Notes under the pieces: model-generated
Told to the model about the DNA's origin: nothing
Seen by the model: only the letters and a program-made list of their open reading frames with translations
Databases searched by the model: none
Made by a program: the position numbers and the translations under genes
Assembly (NCBI RefSeq): GCF_000143415.4
Contig: NW_003314288.1
Coordinates: 1,550,056-1,614,055, forward strand
Direction of reading: 5' to 3'
DNA from: Selaginella moellendorffii
Taxonomy: Eukaryota > Plantae > Lycopodiophyta
Length of the DNA: 64,000 nt
In this document: piece after piece, positions 49,161 to 60,141 of the stretch
Numbering within the stretch: the stretch's first letter is position 1
How the letters are laid out: each line of letters opens with the position of its first letter

Positions 49161-49733
49161 CTACGTTGTCTTGCATGCCATTTGTTCACAGTCACTCACC
49201 CACACACTATCTGATTTTCGTCCGATCAGCTCAGTCGACAGGTATTCTCCAAACCCGCCAAAGCTACATGCATATCTTGAGATCTCTTCCCCATTGCTCT
49301 TGCAAACAATAGATGCACCACGAGGCTCCCATTGTCTTGGCCAACAATCCCTAAGGGTGAGCTTGAAACCACAGATATTTCTCAAGCATGAACCCTGTCG
49401 ATGATACTCATCATTGGTATGAGCCTTGAAATCATCCCCCGGATTGTCCAGATCTAGAAATTGTGGACCAATTCTAGATGTGTTGTTGAAAACCGATATA
49501 TCCACTGTTCCGTCAGTTCCCCATTTTCCTGTTGTAATTGTCAGCGTATAATCGCACACCTGGTCATTGAAATCAAGCACATCGTCACATATATATGCAG
49601 CAATATAGAATTTTACCTCTGGCTGTGCATTGGTCACTGCTTTCTCAGATAGCATGCATACTGCAGCAACAAGAAGGAAGGAAACGAGATTCAATTCTGC
49701 AAACCTTGTTGTACGCTTTCTGTGCTTGTGCAA
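49161..49733 (-). CDS. Secreted-type PLAT/LH2 domain protein; probable in-frame 57-bp intron 49616-49560; start codon unclear
   Basis: Hydrophobic leader LVSFLLVAAVC; CDYTLTITTG..GTDGTVDI...LDNPGDDF.....DEY...GSCL..IC..KL...W; TATAAATA at 49754-49747. Confidence 0.65.
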   Translation of the reverse strand: MHKHRKRTTRFAELNLVSFLLVAAVCMLSEKAVTNAQPEVKFYIAAYICDDVLDFNDQVCDYTLTITTGKWGTDGTVDISVFNNTSRIGPQFLDLDNPGDDFKAHTNDEYHRQGSCLRNICGFKLTLRDCWPRQWEPRGASIVCKSNGEEISRYACSFGGFGEYLSTELIGRKSDSVWVSDCEQMACKTT

Positions 49734-50064
49734 GAGCCATGGAGCCTATTTATATTACAAATTGGAGCACATAATCAACTATTTTACGTCATGAGCACAT
49801 GTATGCTTAGAAAAATCTTAATTTTTCGTTTGATAAATGATAAAAATCAGTTAAAAGTTGACTAACCAATGTATCCCGCGGAAGTGAACTTCCTTTGAAA
49901 ATGCCGCCACAGAAGCTAGCAAATAATAAACAACACCAACAACTCACCACAAGCTCACTCGCATTGGATTTGAGTAAAAGTACAAAGATCTCACAGCCTA
50001 AAGGTGACTATAAACATGTAATCTAGTTATAAGTGGTGGATGAACCCTAGTTTTTAGTTTGAAG

Positions 50065-52824
50065 ATGGCCCTCGAGGGTCTCACGCGCGCTCAGCTCATC
50101 AATCGCATCAACAGCGAGACTGGCGACAACAGGCGATTCATTGGCTACACCAACGAAATGCTCATCGATTGCGTTCGTGGATTCAATGCTCCTCCTCCTT
50201 CCGCTTCTCCCCATCCCCCTCCTCCTCCTCCTCCTCCTCCTCCTCCTCCTCTTCCTCCTCCTCCTCCTCTAGCTCCTCGCATTTCTCCCTCTCTTCCTCT
50301 CCCGGCCAGGCGCAGGAAGAAGCTCGAAGCGGCAGGCGCGCAATCTACTGGCTGCAGCAGCCCTAATCCCGCCCGCAGTGCGAGCGCGGCGCCGACGATG
50401 CGCTGTGCGAATCCTTCGTGCCGCGCGGTCCTCCACCAAGCCGGCGGCTTCTGCAAGAGGTGCTCGTGCTGGATTTGCAGGAAATACGACGACAACAAAG
50501 ATCCCAGCTTGTGGTTCGTGTGTGGCGACGGCGACGGCGTTGTCGTCGCGTCCTGCGCCTTGAGCTGCCACATTCAGTGCGTCCTCAAATCCAGCAGCGA
50601 TGCCATCGTCGACGCGAGCTACCGGTGCTTGAGTTGTGGAGCAATCACTGGCCTGCTCGGGTACGTCACAGAGATCTCTGTTCTCCACGAAGAAGATTAT
50701 AACTTCGTTCTCTTGTAGGACCTTGCAGAAGCAGTTCTTACGGGCCAAGGAAGCTCGTCGCGTGGATGTTCTCTACGAGCGTCTGACGATCGCTACCAAG
50801 CTTGTGAGTGGAAGTGAGAAGTATAGACATTGTGGTGAGAATGCCCAGAGTGCTCTCGACAAACTCTTGCTAGATATCGGCCCTTTCTCGGCTAGAGGAC
50901 TTGTGAGCCGCCTCTCGTCAGCTACTGTGATTTTGGATTCCATAAGGCAAGCTCTCGAGTCCTTGGACGTTTTCGACGTGAAGCCTCGGCTTCCAGGTAA
51001 CAGAGTTTTTGTGTTTGGTAGTATTGACGCTTTTCTTTCGCAGAGCCTCCGGTGTTTCAGTTCGAATTTATGGAGGTCTCTATGAATTCTGTGCTGCTCG
51101 CGGTGATCCAGAAAACGCCTGGAAGTTCCGGGGAGAGTATACTGGGCTTCAAGCTCTGGCATAGAAAGAATCGGGGCACATACCGCTCTGTGCCAACGAC
51201 AACCATTTCGGTCTTGCAGAAGGCCCTGGTAACCGACTTAAAGCCGGGTACAGGCTACATGTTCAAGGCCGTAGCTTTTTCGGCCAAGGGTGACGAAGGG
51301 TTTTGCGAGTCCAGGTGCTACACGAAACAAAAAGAGGAAGCTTGTGCCGATCCTTTAATGAACTGTGGCATGAGCTCGGGCCAGATAGCTAAAGAGGGAG
51401 CGGTGCTGCTCAACCCGAAGGCTGAAGTGGTGGACGACCAAGCCCATGTCCAAGAAACTTGTTCGATCAAGTGCATGGAAAGCTGCAAGCCTGAGACTCT
51501 TCTTCCAGAAACGCAGACGGCATTGGAAACTGGGATCAGTGCCTGCTCCGAGGAGAAGGCTAGTGCTACATCATCAGCTTCAGGTGTGGTGGACGCCAAT
51601 TGTCCTTCGACAGCTGCAGAACCAGCGAGCTTGCCATCGATGAATGTCAAGCATACTGCACAGCAGGAGAACTTAATAGATTGTGCGCAACGGAAGGACG
51701 ATGTGCCTTTTCAAACAGTGACTACGACGGCACCGGAAGATAGTGTATATCGAGAAGTTCCTTCAACTACAGGTTTGGAAGCTGCTCCAGGGGTTCAACC
51801 AGTCAGGTTGCAATTTCACAACTTGATGAAGATTTCCGAAGCAGTAAGGATGGCAACTCCAAAGAATTCAACAACAGCAAGGAACTCAAGTGCCATTTCT
51901 GATGTACCGAACACAACAGCGAAGAACTTAACTTCTAAGTTGGAGACACCATCATCAGATTCAGGTGTGGTGGACGCCGAGCTGAATTGTCCATCGACGG
52001 TTGCAGAACCGGCGAGTTCGCCATCGATGGATGTCAAGCATACTGCACAGCATGAGAACTTAATAGACAGTGCGCAACGGAAGGATGACGTGCCTCTTCA
52101 AACCGTGACGACGGCGCTGCAAGATAGTGTAGTTCCTTCAACAGGCTTGGAAGCTGCTTCAGGGGTTCAACCAGTTAGCTTGCAATTTAACAACTTGATG
52201 AGGATTTCCGAAGCAGTAAGGATGGCAACTCCGAAGAATTCAAGCCTGGGCTTGGAGACAACGGCGAAGAACTCAATTACAAACACCACAGCGAAGAACT
52301 TAAGTACTGACTTGGACTTGGAGACAAGGGGGAGAGACTCAGAGACAGAGACGACGAATTTGACATGCTCGACTACAGCTGCAAAGAACTCGAGCGCTAG
52401 TTCGCAGACGTGCAAGTCCAAGTCGGCTGTTGAGCATCCTTTCGTAACTGGACCAAGGAATGCGGACGACGATTCAGCGTCCAAGAAACGAAAAGCTGAC
52501 GAGCCTGCGGCGGCGAAAATAGTTCACGCCGGGGACAGGGACAACACGAGCTATAAGAGTGCGTGGAGGTGGACGGACAAGATATTCGAGCACTGTGTGA
52601 AGATGGTGCGGTGGCTCGAGTGCCAGGGCCACATAAAACCCGAGTTCCGGATGCGTTTCTTCACTTGGCTGGGGCTGAAGGCCAGTGATCAGCAAAGGCG
52701 TGTCGTGAGCATCTACATTCAGTCCATGATTGACGATCCGGTTGGTCTTGCCGCACAGCTTATGGATGCTTTTGAGGAGGCGATTGCTATTTCCAGGCAT
52801 AGCTCTAACCACGATCGGCAATGA
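50065..52824 (+). CDS. VIN3-like (VEL family) PHD-FN3-VID protein, 3 exons
   Basis: CANPSCRA...FCKRCSCWICRKYDDNKDPSLW..C...SCH..C; AKEARRVDVL..R; FN3 GFKLWHRK...DLKPGT.Y; VID FEHCVKMVRWLECQGHI...FRMRFFTW...DDP..LA.QL.DAF. Confidence 0.93.
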
Positions 52825-52960
52825 AAGTTCTAACCGAAGTCTCTTCTTCAGGAACTGCTAGATGGTTTTTTCTTTAACAGCGCGGAGTGACAAACAATGT
52901 GGGATATGCAAAGTAAGTTATCTTCGTTTTTCTTTTCCCCTTTCGATCTAACTTAAAAGC

Positions 52961-53753
52961 TTACATAGGCTCTGCGAACTCAAGCGCGTTGCCGTCTGGA
53001 TCACGGGTGAAAAGAGCAGGTCTTCCGGATTTGCTTGCAGTGTAAACAATGCCTTGCCGTCACAGCAAGAAAGAGATCATGTCAGGAATCAGGGAAATTC
53101 AAGAGATACCTGCGCTGTCTAACGCAGCCTGAAGTTTAGAGACGTCTTTAATGGTGACGCACGCGTGACGATCTCGTCCACCATGCTCCGGTCGACCAGT
53201 TAAAGGATCCGGATTTGGAAGCTCCATGAGATGAATCATACCAGGACCAACCCACAACCATGCTCCACGATACGGTAACTTCTTTTCGGGTCTCTCTGGA
53301 TTCAGCTCTAATCCTGAAACTCTTTTTTTTTCCAGAGCACATACTGGGAAATAATTGAACACTCACCTAAGACACCGCAGTAGAATTCCAGCGACTTTTC
53401 CAGATTGCTGCAAAGGAACCCAACATGATGCAAGTCTATGTACTCAATTGCTACACAGAGACAAGGAGATGGCAAGAGTCAGAACAAGCTAGCTATAAAT
53501 CAACCGCTTTTCGAGGACGAATCCTTAGGTGAGATTGCAGAACTGGATGTTGCTGCTGACCGGCAAAGAGTTTTTGCAGTCTTTTGTGATACGACACTCT
53601 GAATTGCTGGTGATTGGAGCTGCTGGATTGAAAGCAATGGGTGAACACACAGACGATAGAGGATACGATGGGGATACTTACGGTTCGAGCTTGCAGTCTA
53701 GGAGCCCTGGTACTTGCGCCGATGCAACCGTAGGTATGCAAGCCAGTCGCCAT
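52961..53753 (-). CDS. Glyoxalase/VOC superfamily protein (lactoylglutathione lyase-like), multi-exon
   Basis: LHHVGFLCSNLEKSLEFYCGVLG; KLPYRGAWLWVG..MIHLMELPNPDPLTGRPEHGGRDRHAC; SKSGRPALFTRDPDGNALEF. Confidence 0.92.
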
Positions 53754-53907
53754 GCTAAACTTGTGGCGAGAGAATTAAAAGCCAAAGACCAGTCTCGAAC
53801 CCTCGAATTTATTTCCGAGTTCAGCATCAACAACAGGTTCACCATTTTGGATTTGTAGAGCCTCACAATTATACAAAAGACTGCACGATTTACACACCGC
53901 GAAAACT

Positions 53908-56276
53908 TTACTGAGACGGATAGATGCACGAACCAGAGCCTGCAAAACCAACAACGACGGGGTAAGTCGCGCAAAATTTTTATTTTCTCTTCCTTTTTTG
54001 TTTTCAACTTACTTGGATCCGATACTGTGACCAGTGCATTCCCATCGAAGTAGCAGTTCCAGTAATTCCGACCGTGTTTCTGGTAGTAGCTGTTAAAGGC
54101 ATACGAAGCATGGGCATCGACGGTATTTGGCTGGAAGCAGCTTCCACCGGGTTGAATTGCCGAGCAGTCTGCTCCTCCTTCACCACAGGCGTAGTTGAGA
54201 GCCGACATGAGCGTCGCAGTATCACCTCCCGGTTTTGCTACGCACCAGATGTGAGTTCCTCCGCCTTGGCCTGGAGATGGAGTCGTCGGAGCCGATGGAG
54301 GTGGTGGCAGCATGACAACCGGAGCAGGATTCACCGGAGGATAGTAGTATGGAGGCCGGGGTGATGGAACGTAAACAGGTGTTGGAGGTGGCAGCATTGG
54401 AGAAGGATAAACTGGAGGATAGGATGGTGAGGGAGGATAGACAGGCGGTGGACGATAGACGGGCGGCCATGGAACCACAGGAGGATGTGGAGGAGGTCTT
54501 GAGATGACTGGAGGAGGGGAGTAAGATGGTGGTGGTGGCATTGGTCTTGATGGAGGACAAGTGGGAAGAGGCGGTGGCGATGGTGGTGGTTTCGTTATGT
54601 GTGGAGGTGGTGGTGAAGGAGAGCGCGATGGCGGTGGATAAACTGGTCTATATGGAGATGGAGGCGGTCTTGGTGGCGGTGGCGGTCTTCTAGTCGTCAT
54701 TGGTGAAGGTGGTCGTGGTATTGGAATGGTAAATGGTGATGGAGGTGGCCGCTGGATGGGAATTTGCAAAGGTGGTGGAGGATTGCCGGAAGGAGATGTG
54801 GAATGGCCCTGGAGAATTCCAATGTCGTAGACGGTGGAGAGATCACCCGGCCTGAAGAGTCCGAAGTTTCTCTGCGAGGTCGGGCCGGGCTTCTGGTTCT
54901 CGTTGAAGAGAGCGAAGATGAAGACTTGAAGCTCCTGCTTTGGTCGCATCGGTGTTCCGGCCCCCGATTGTATGTGCTTGACGAGGTTCCGGTTGTAAGT
55001 CATCGCGTTGGAGACGCTGGCCGCCAGCTCGATGGGAGAGCCGTTTGACGGCCAGCCCGTCTCGGAGACGAGGACAGGGATGTTGGTGAAGCCGAGCTTG
55101 CTCATGGCCGAGTAGACAGCGTCGACTTGTGCATCGAAGAGATTGTCGTAGTGGAGCTTCGACTTTGAATCGGTGACGCCGTTGTTGGTGAGGAATAGCG
55201 CGTACGCCAGGGAAATGTCGAGCGGCTTGGCCTTGTAGGAGAAGTAAGGATAGATGTTCACCATGAACGGGGCGCCGGTCTGGTTGAGGAAGCGGAGAAG
55301 CGGCAGCATGACCGGCTTGGTGATGGAGTCCTTGAACTCTCCAGCGGAAGGAGGGAAGCTCTTGCCGAGGATGGCCATGGAGTGGGAAGTGGAGACGAAG
55401 ACCCGGTGGCTGAGCTTGAGGTCGTCGAGGGCCGTGTGCAAGTTGGTCATGACAGTGACGAGCTGCGTGTGGACGGAGGAGGAGACGTTGGCCTCGGTGA
55501 GCACCTGGTTGCCGACGGAGATGATCTTGATGGGGGAGGACTGCATGTAGAGGGCGACGTTCTCGCTGGCCCATTTGAGCGCGACTTGGTAGTCGAGGAG
55601 GCTGGTGATGTCCTCGTTCTTGACCGTGACGATGAACTCGACGCTACTGCCGGCAAAGGCACTGAGGACGAGGGGATTGGCATCGTAGAGCTTGACTTTG
55701 CGGATGGTGGTGGAGCGGATGAGCTGCACGACTCGCTGCGGAGATGGGAGGTTGTTTGCGACTTGGCCGTAGTTGATGCCAATGTTGGCGCTGGTGGCGG
55801 CCTGAGCACCTGGTGGAAGAGCAGGACGGTATCAGAAAGAGGAAACCGGGTGACCAAGCACAGGAATGGAATGAGAATATGGAAGCTTTCACAGGAATGA
55901 GAAGATGGAGGTTTCCCAGGAATGAGAAGATGGAAGCCTTCTGACGCACATTGACGGAGCAGTGGTCACAAACTCACAGGCTTGGGAAGGTAGAGAGACG
56001 AGAAGAACTTGCGAAAAGTTCGCAACATCGACGGAGCAGTTGTCACAAACTTACAGGCTTGGGAAGGTAGAGAGACGAGAAGAACTTGCGAAAAGTTCGC
56101 AACATCGACGGAGCAGTGATTGCAAACTCACAGGCTTGGGAAGAGCGAGAGACGAAAAGAACTCGCGAAAAGCTGGAGAGCTTTCACTTACATCTTGGCG
56201 AGTGGAAGACGGCGATGGTGGAGGAGACGATGGCGAGCGTCAGCAGCCAGCCCAGCGAGGAAGCTCTACTTCGCAT
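53908..56276 (-). CDS. GH17 glucan endo-1,3-beta-glucosidase-like protein with a long Pro-rich linker and X8 (CBM43) domain; 3 exons
   Basis: Signal exon MRSRASSLGWLLTLAIV... (56276-56192); IGINYGQVANNLP; VGNQ; SETGWPS; FALFNENQKPGP.SQRNFGLF; X8 WCVAKP...ALNYACG.GGADCSAIQPGGSCF.PNTV.AHASYAFNSYYQ; last exon ...GSCIYPSQ*. Confidence 0.93.
55862..56171. repeat. Intronic tandem repeats: about 25-bp unit x3 (55862-55937) and 77-bp unit x2.8 (55953-56171)
   Basis: GACGGAGCAGT starts at 55953, 56030 and 56107; CAGGAATGAGAAGATGGA repeated. Confidence 0.9.
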
Positions 56277-56681
56277 TGCGGGAACTCAAGCGGATCTTCC
56301 TCCAGGTATCATTTCAGCTCAGCTCTTCTGGATTTTTCCTTTCGGTTTTCGTAGGATCTTGTCGTGCTGCCAAAGCGACGATTTCTCACCAATGCGTCTA
56401 AACAAGGGGATGAAAAGCGAGCACTTGCTTGGTAGTGGGTTCCCTCCGTAGCAAAAGCAAGACGAAAAGAAAAGCAGAGACAGTGAGGAAAAAGCAGCCA
56501 CTTGAAAATTCATTCTTTCGCACATGGTTCTAGTCTCTCAAGGCGCGGGCCGTGGCCGCCGTTGGATCGGCTCATTGCTCAGATGTTTAAACGTGAGCCG
56601 CTGGATCCAGCATATTCGTGCAGTTTGAATTTGGGCCGTTGGATTCCATGATGGGATAGGGTTTAGGGTTCTTATTCGGCT

Positions 56682-57878
56682 ATGGCGATGGCAGCAGTGC
56701 CTTACTCTTGTCTCGTCCGTCTCCAGCGTTCCAGGCCCCACATTGTGCCCGCAAGATGCTCTTCTCCCGGCCCTGCGACGATCGGATGCTGCCGCTGGAA
56801 GAAAACGTGGTATTTCTCCGGATTTCTCAGCAGGAGGCCGCTCGATCCGGCTAGGGCTCTCGACGAGGAGGGATACTACGTCCAGGAGGAGCAGGATTAC
56901 ATCCATCCCAGGTATCCTTTCAGCAACCAGTTCAATCCCGTGGACGACCGGACGCTGCTCGAGAAGGCCGCGGACGAGCTGGAGAAGATCACCCCGCTCA
57001 AGGCCGTCAAGATCGCGACGCTGGCGGCGCTGGTCTGGACGGCCGCGCAGTGGTTCCTTGGCGCGGTGGTTTTCAACTCAAGCTTGTGGATGTACGCGAG
57101 CTGGGCGCTCATCTTCTGGCCATGGCCGGCTGCGCTGCTCGTCGGCGCTGGCGCGTGCTTCCTGGCTCACAAGCGCTACACTCGGTGGGACGATCGAAAG
57201 TACCGGACAAGAGCTCGCGACAGAGATGCGCTGATAATCATCGCGGGGGCGCTGCTATGGCTCATCCTCGTCCCTCTCGGCCACTTCCAAGGCTACGTCG
57301 AAGGCTTCCCGGCGATCTTCTATGGCGTCTACTGCGCCTTCTTCATGTTTGAGAGGATGATCCGGATGAGAGTCTATGGCAAGACTGATACAGGCCCAGA
57401 GGACAAGGACTGGGCTCTTCCGGTGAGCCGCGCGACTTGGATTGGGTTCGCGGGATCGGTGGTGGCGGGGCACTGGCTGGCGGCGTTTGAGTCGCCGCCG
57501 CTGGTGGAGAGCTGGAACCTCGGGTGGCAGGCAAAGGTGGCGGCGGTGATGGTGCTGGCGGCGCTGGCGCTCAAGTACTACGGGACTTACTTCCTTCTCA
57601 AGTTCTCCAAGAAGGTGGACAGTCCAAACATCGTGGTGCCGTTCGGGCCTTACCGCTGGGTGAGGCATCCCATCTATGGCAGCAGCATTCTCCTCTTCTC
57701 GGCGTTTTGCCTGGCGCTGCGAGCCTACGGAAGTATGGCGCTCATCCTCGCCGGCTGCCTCTTCTACTACGAGCAGCTGGTCCAGCGCGAGGAGGAGCTA
57801 CTACTCAAGCATTTTGGCGAGGAGTATGGAAGCTACAAGAGGAGTGTGACCAAGAAGTACGTACCTTACTTGTACTGA
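56682..57878 (+). CDS. Isoprenylcysteine carboxyl methyltransferase (ICMT/PEMT)-family membrane protein, intronless, possible plastid transit peptide
   Basis: Multiple TM helices; C-terminal GPYRWVRHPIY and EE..L...FGEEY..Y...V motifs. Confidence 0.85.
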   Translation: MAMAAVPYSCLVRLQRSRPHIVPARCSSPGPATIGCCRWKKTWYFSGFLSRRPLDPARALDEEGYYVQEEQDYIHPRYPFSNQFNPVDDRTLLEKAADELEKITPLKAVKIATLAALVWTAAQWFLGAVVFNSSLWMYASWALIFWPWPAALLVGAGACFLAHKRYTRWDDRKYRTRARDRDALIIIAGALLWLILVPLGHFQGYVEGFPAIFYGVYCAFFMFERMIRMRVYGKTDTGPEDKDWALPVSRATWIGFAGSVVAGHWLAAFESPPLVESWNLGWQAKVAAVMVLAALALKYYGTYFLLKFSKKVDSPNIVVPFGPYRWVRHPIYGSSILLFSAFCLALRAYGSMALILAGCLFYYEQLVQREEELLLKHFGEEYGSYKRSVTKKYVPYLY

Positions 57879-58023
57879 GACAGCCTTGGTTTTTTTTCTT
57901 TCAGCAGGGGTGGGAAGAGTAGGACAGACATGTTTTGCGAGCTTTCCATGAACTTAGGAGAGTCAAAAGCGAGAAATTGCGGCGGGAGTGACCTAAGGAT
58001 CTGAGGGGTGAGAGAGACGAGAG

Positions 58024-58857
58024 ATGGGAAAGATGGGCTTGCGGAACAACTGGTTGGTTCGTTGGATGAGACGCCGCATTGTGGATCCCGTGCTCGGCTT
58101 CGTCCGGAGGTAAGCTCTTCTCTCGTTCTTCTTTTTGTTTCGTTCTCGAATTGATTGGGTCTTTGAACATCAGGGGAACGGAACCCAAACAGCTCGCCTT
58201 GTCCGGTGCTCTCGGGATCACGCTCGGAGTCTTCCCAGTCTATGGCAAGTTTCCTAAGCTATCTAGAGAGCTCGTTTTTAATCTTTGCTACCTTCTTGTA
58301 GGTGCTACTGCGTTGCTGTGTGCTCTTGCTGCTCTGGTCCTTCGATCTAAGTGCCATGTCCCGTTGCTAATGCTGGCAAATCTCGTAGCTACACCGATAG
58401 AACTGAGGTAGGCCATCCACTGCCCGCTTTGAAGCTCCATCTTCTTTGAAAATCTCAATTCCGCTACTTTCATATATTCTCAACTTTACTTTCTCGTGGA
58501 CAGCTTGATTATCCCGTTTTTGCGAGTTGGAGAGTACGTTCTCGGAGCGGAGCACATCGCTCTGACAACAAGCACATTCAAAGAAGCCTTCTCTGGCCAT
58601 TTGCCTCGACAAGTGATCTTTGGCCTTTTGTACGCAGTACGTGTTTTTTGCTCAGTTCTCTTGCTGTAACTATCTGGTTATTGATTCTTGATTCTTTGTT
58701 TGGTGAAAAGGTGCTGGGATGGATCGTTGCCTCGCCCTTCATCTTCTGCGGGCTGTATGCAGCCTTCCTCCCGATGTTCCAGAGCTTGAGCCGCAAAGTT
58801 AGAAGCGAACCATTGATCCGGCAAGGCCGTTCCTCGTCCAGGCCCCTGAGCGTTTGA
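58024..58857 (+). CDS. DUF2062-like membrane protein, 5 exons (intron 2 is GC-AG)
   Basis: W.RRRIVDP.....RRGTEPKQLALSGALGITLGVFPVYG...MLANLVATPIELSLIIPFLRVGE...AVLGWIVASPF. Confidence 0.8.
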
Positions 58858-59311
58858 ATCTCTTGGCAATGCAAGTCAAATGCAGCGAGGTTTAACTCTA
58901 AAAAAGCTCGCTATGAGTCTTGGTACTAGTGTTGTAACCTTTAGTCTTGTATTTTTCGCTTCAGCCTGCCTGCCTGGTTGCTGGCAATTTTCTGACAAGC
59001 GCTTTGGTGAGAAAAAAGATCCACTTTCCAGAACTGTGTTGTGTACATGAAAGCAAGACTACGCAACTTTTTCAGAAACATTGAATGCCGTGTAGAGCGC
59101 TCGTTGAACGGCTCGCTCGTTCAACATTTCAACATTCCGTGCCGCCCTCCAAATTCCAATCATCCTCCGGCTCTCAAGATAGAAAGCGAATCCACGGATC
59201 ATGAGTGAAGATCTAGTGCCTATCTAGATCGCCATGACAGGAAACCAGAGTATATATATATATATTGTAAACATTGATCAGCGTACATAGAACAGTGCTC
59301 TCCTCGCTCGC

Positions 59312-59729
59312 TCAGTGCCCCACAACGTAGTCTGGAAACAAAAAAGCAAGAGACTTTAGCACACAAGTAGAAGAAGATCGAAGTGAAAGAAAGAGAGAGG
59401 TGGAGGAGCTCACTTCCACACTTGTAGTGCGGCGGGATCTCGTTGGCGTAGCCGCAGCGCTCGGGGATGGTGAAGGCGTTGGGGACGGAGAAGGTGAACT
59501 GCTGGCGCGCGGTGAGCATGGTGGAGCACAGGCAGTCGGGGTTGCCGCGGAAGCGCGTGAGGGAGGAGCAGCACTGCGCGCCCGGGTACGAGGTGCTGCT
59601 CTGCGTCGCGGGCAGGCAGCTGGCCAGCATCGCCGGGCTGCCATTGCACTGCGCCGCCTCCACGCGCCCAGCAATGGCCGCCAGCAGCGCCACCACAGCC
59701 AAGACCACTCCGATCTTCACCGGCGCCAT
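59312..59729 (-). CDS. Non-specific lipid transfer protein (8-Cys motif, type D-like); intron 59413-59332
   Basis: Signal peptide MAPVKIGVVLAVVALLAAIAGRVEA; C..C..CC..CLC..C..C; ends YKCGNYVVGH. Confidence 0.92.
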
Positions 59730-59832
59730 CTTCTTCCTCCGATCAGCAATGACCAGCGCGCTCGAACTGGAGACGATGAATGGATGGATCCAAACGAGGC
59801 AGTGGAGTAAAGAGTGGTGATCCAGTACTGGG

Positions 59833-60068
59833 ATTTTATAATCGCCTCCATCCGGTCTCTCTCTCTCATTGCGTTTTGCGCTGCCTGGAGCTGCCAGACT
59901 TCGCGGTCCATTGAATGAAAGCCGTACAACCGACACGTGGCGTGTCGGTCATTAACTCCGGAGACCAGCATATTCCGGCGCATGCGGGGTGACGCGGCAG
60001 GACCGTACTATACAGGACACCTGGGCGGGACCGCTGGCAGGCCACGTGGCGGCGTTAAAACACGTGTA
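59833..60068 (-). promoter_or_regulatory. TATA plus DRE/ABRE (G-box) cluster upstream of the nsLTP gene
   Basis: TATAAAA (minus strand, about 59834-59840), ACCGAC 59929-59934 overlapping ACACGTGGC 59933-59941, GCCACGTGGC 60041-60050, ACACGTGT 60060-60067. Confidence 0.7.
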
Positions 60069-60141
60069 TTTACAGCTCGGCAAGAATTGTGGAAAGAATC
60101 GTTGTGTGATTTTTTTTTTTCTGGTTCTTGTTCTTGTTCTT

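Noticed and set aside
53678-54010. C-terminal extension of the 683-aa GH17 ORF overlapping the glyoxalase gene
   Set aside because: Read-through of an intron; the spliced gene ends at TAA 53910-53908
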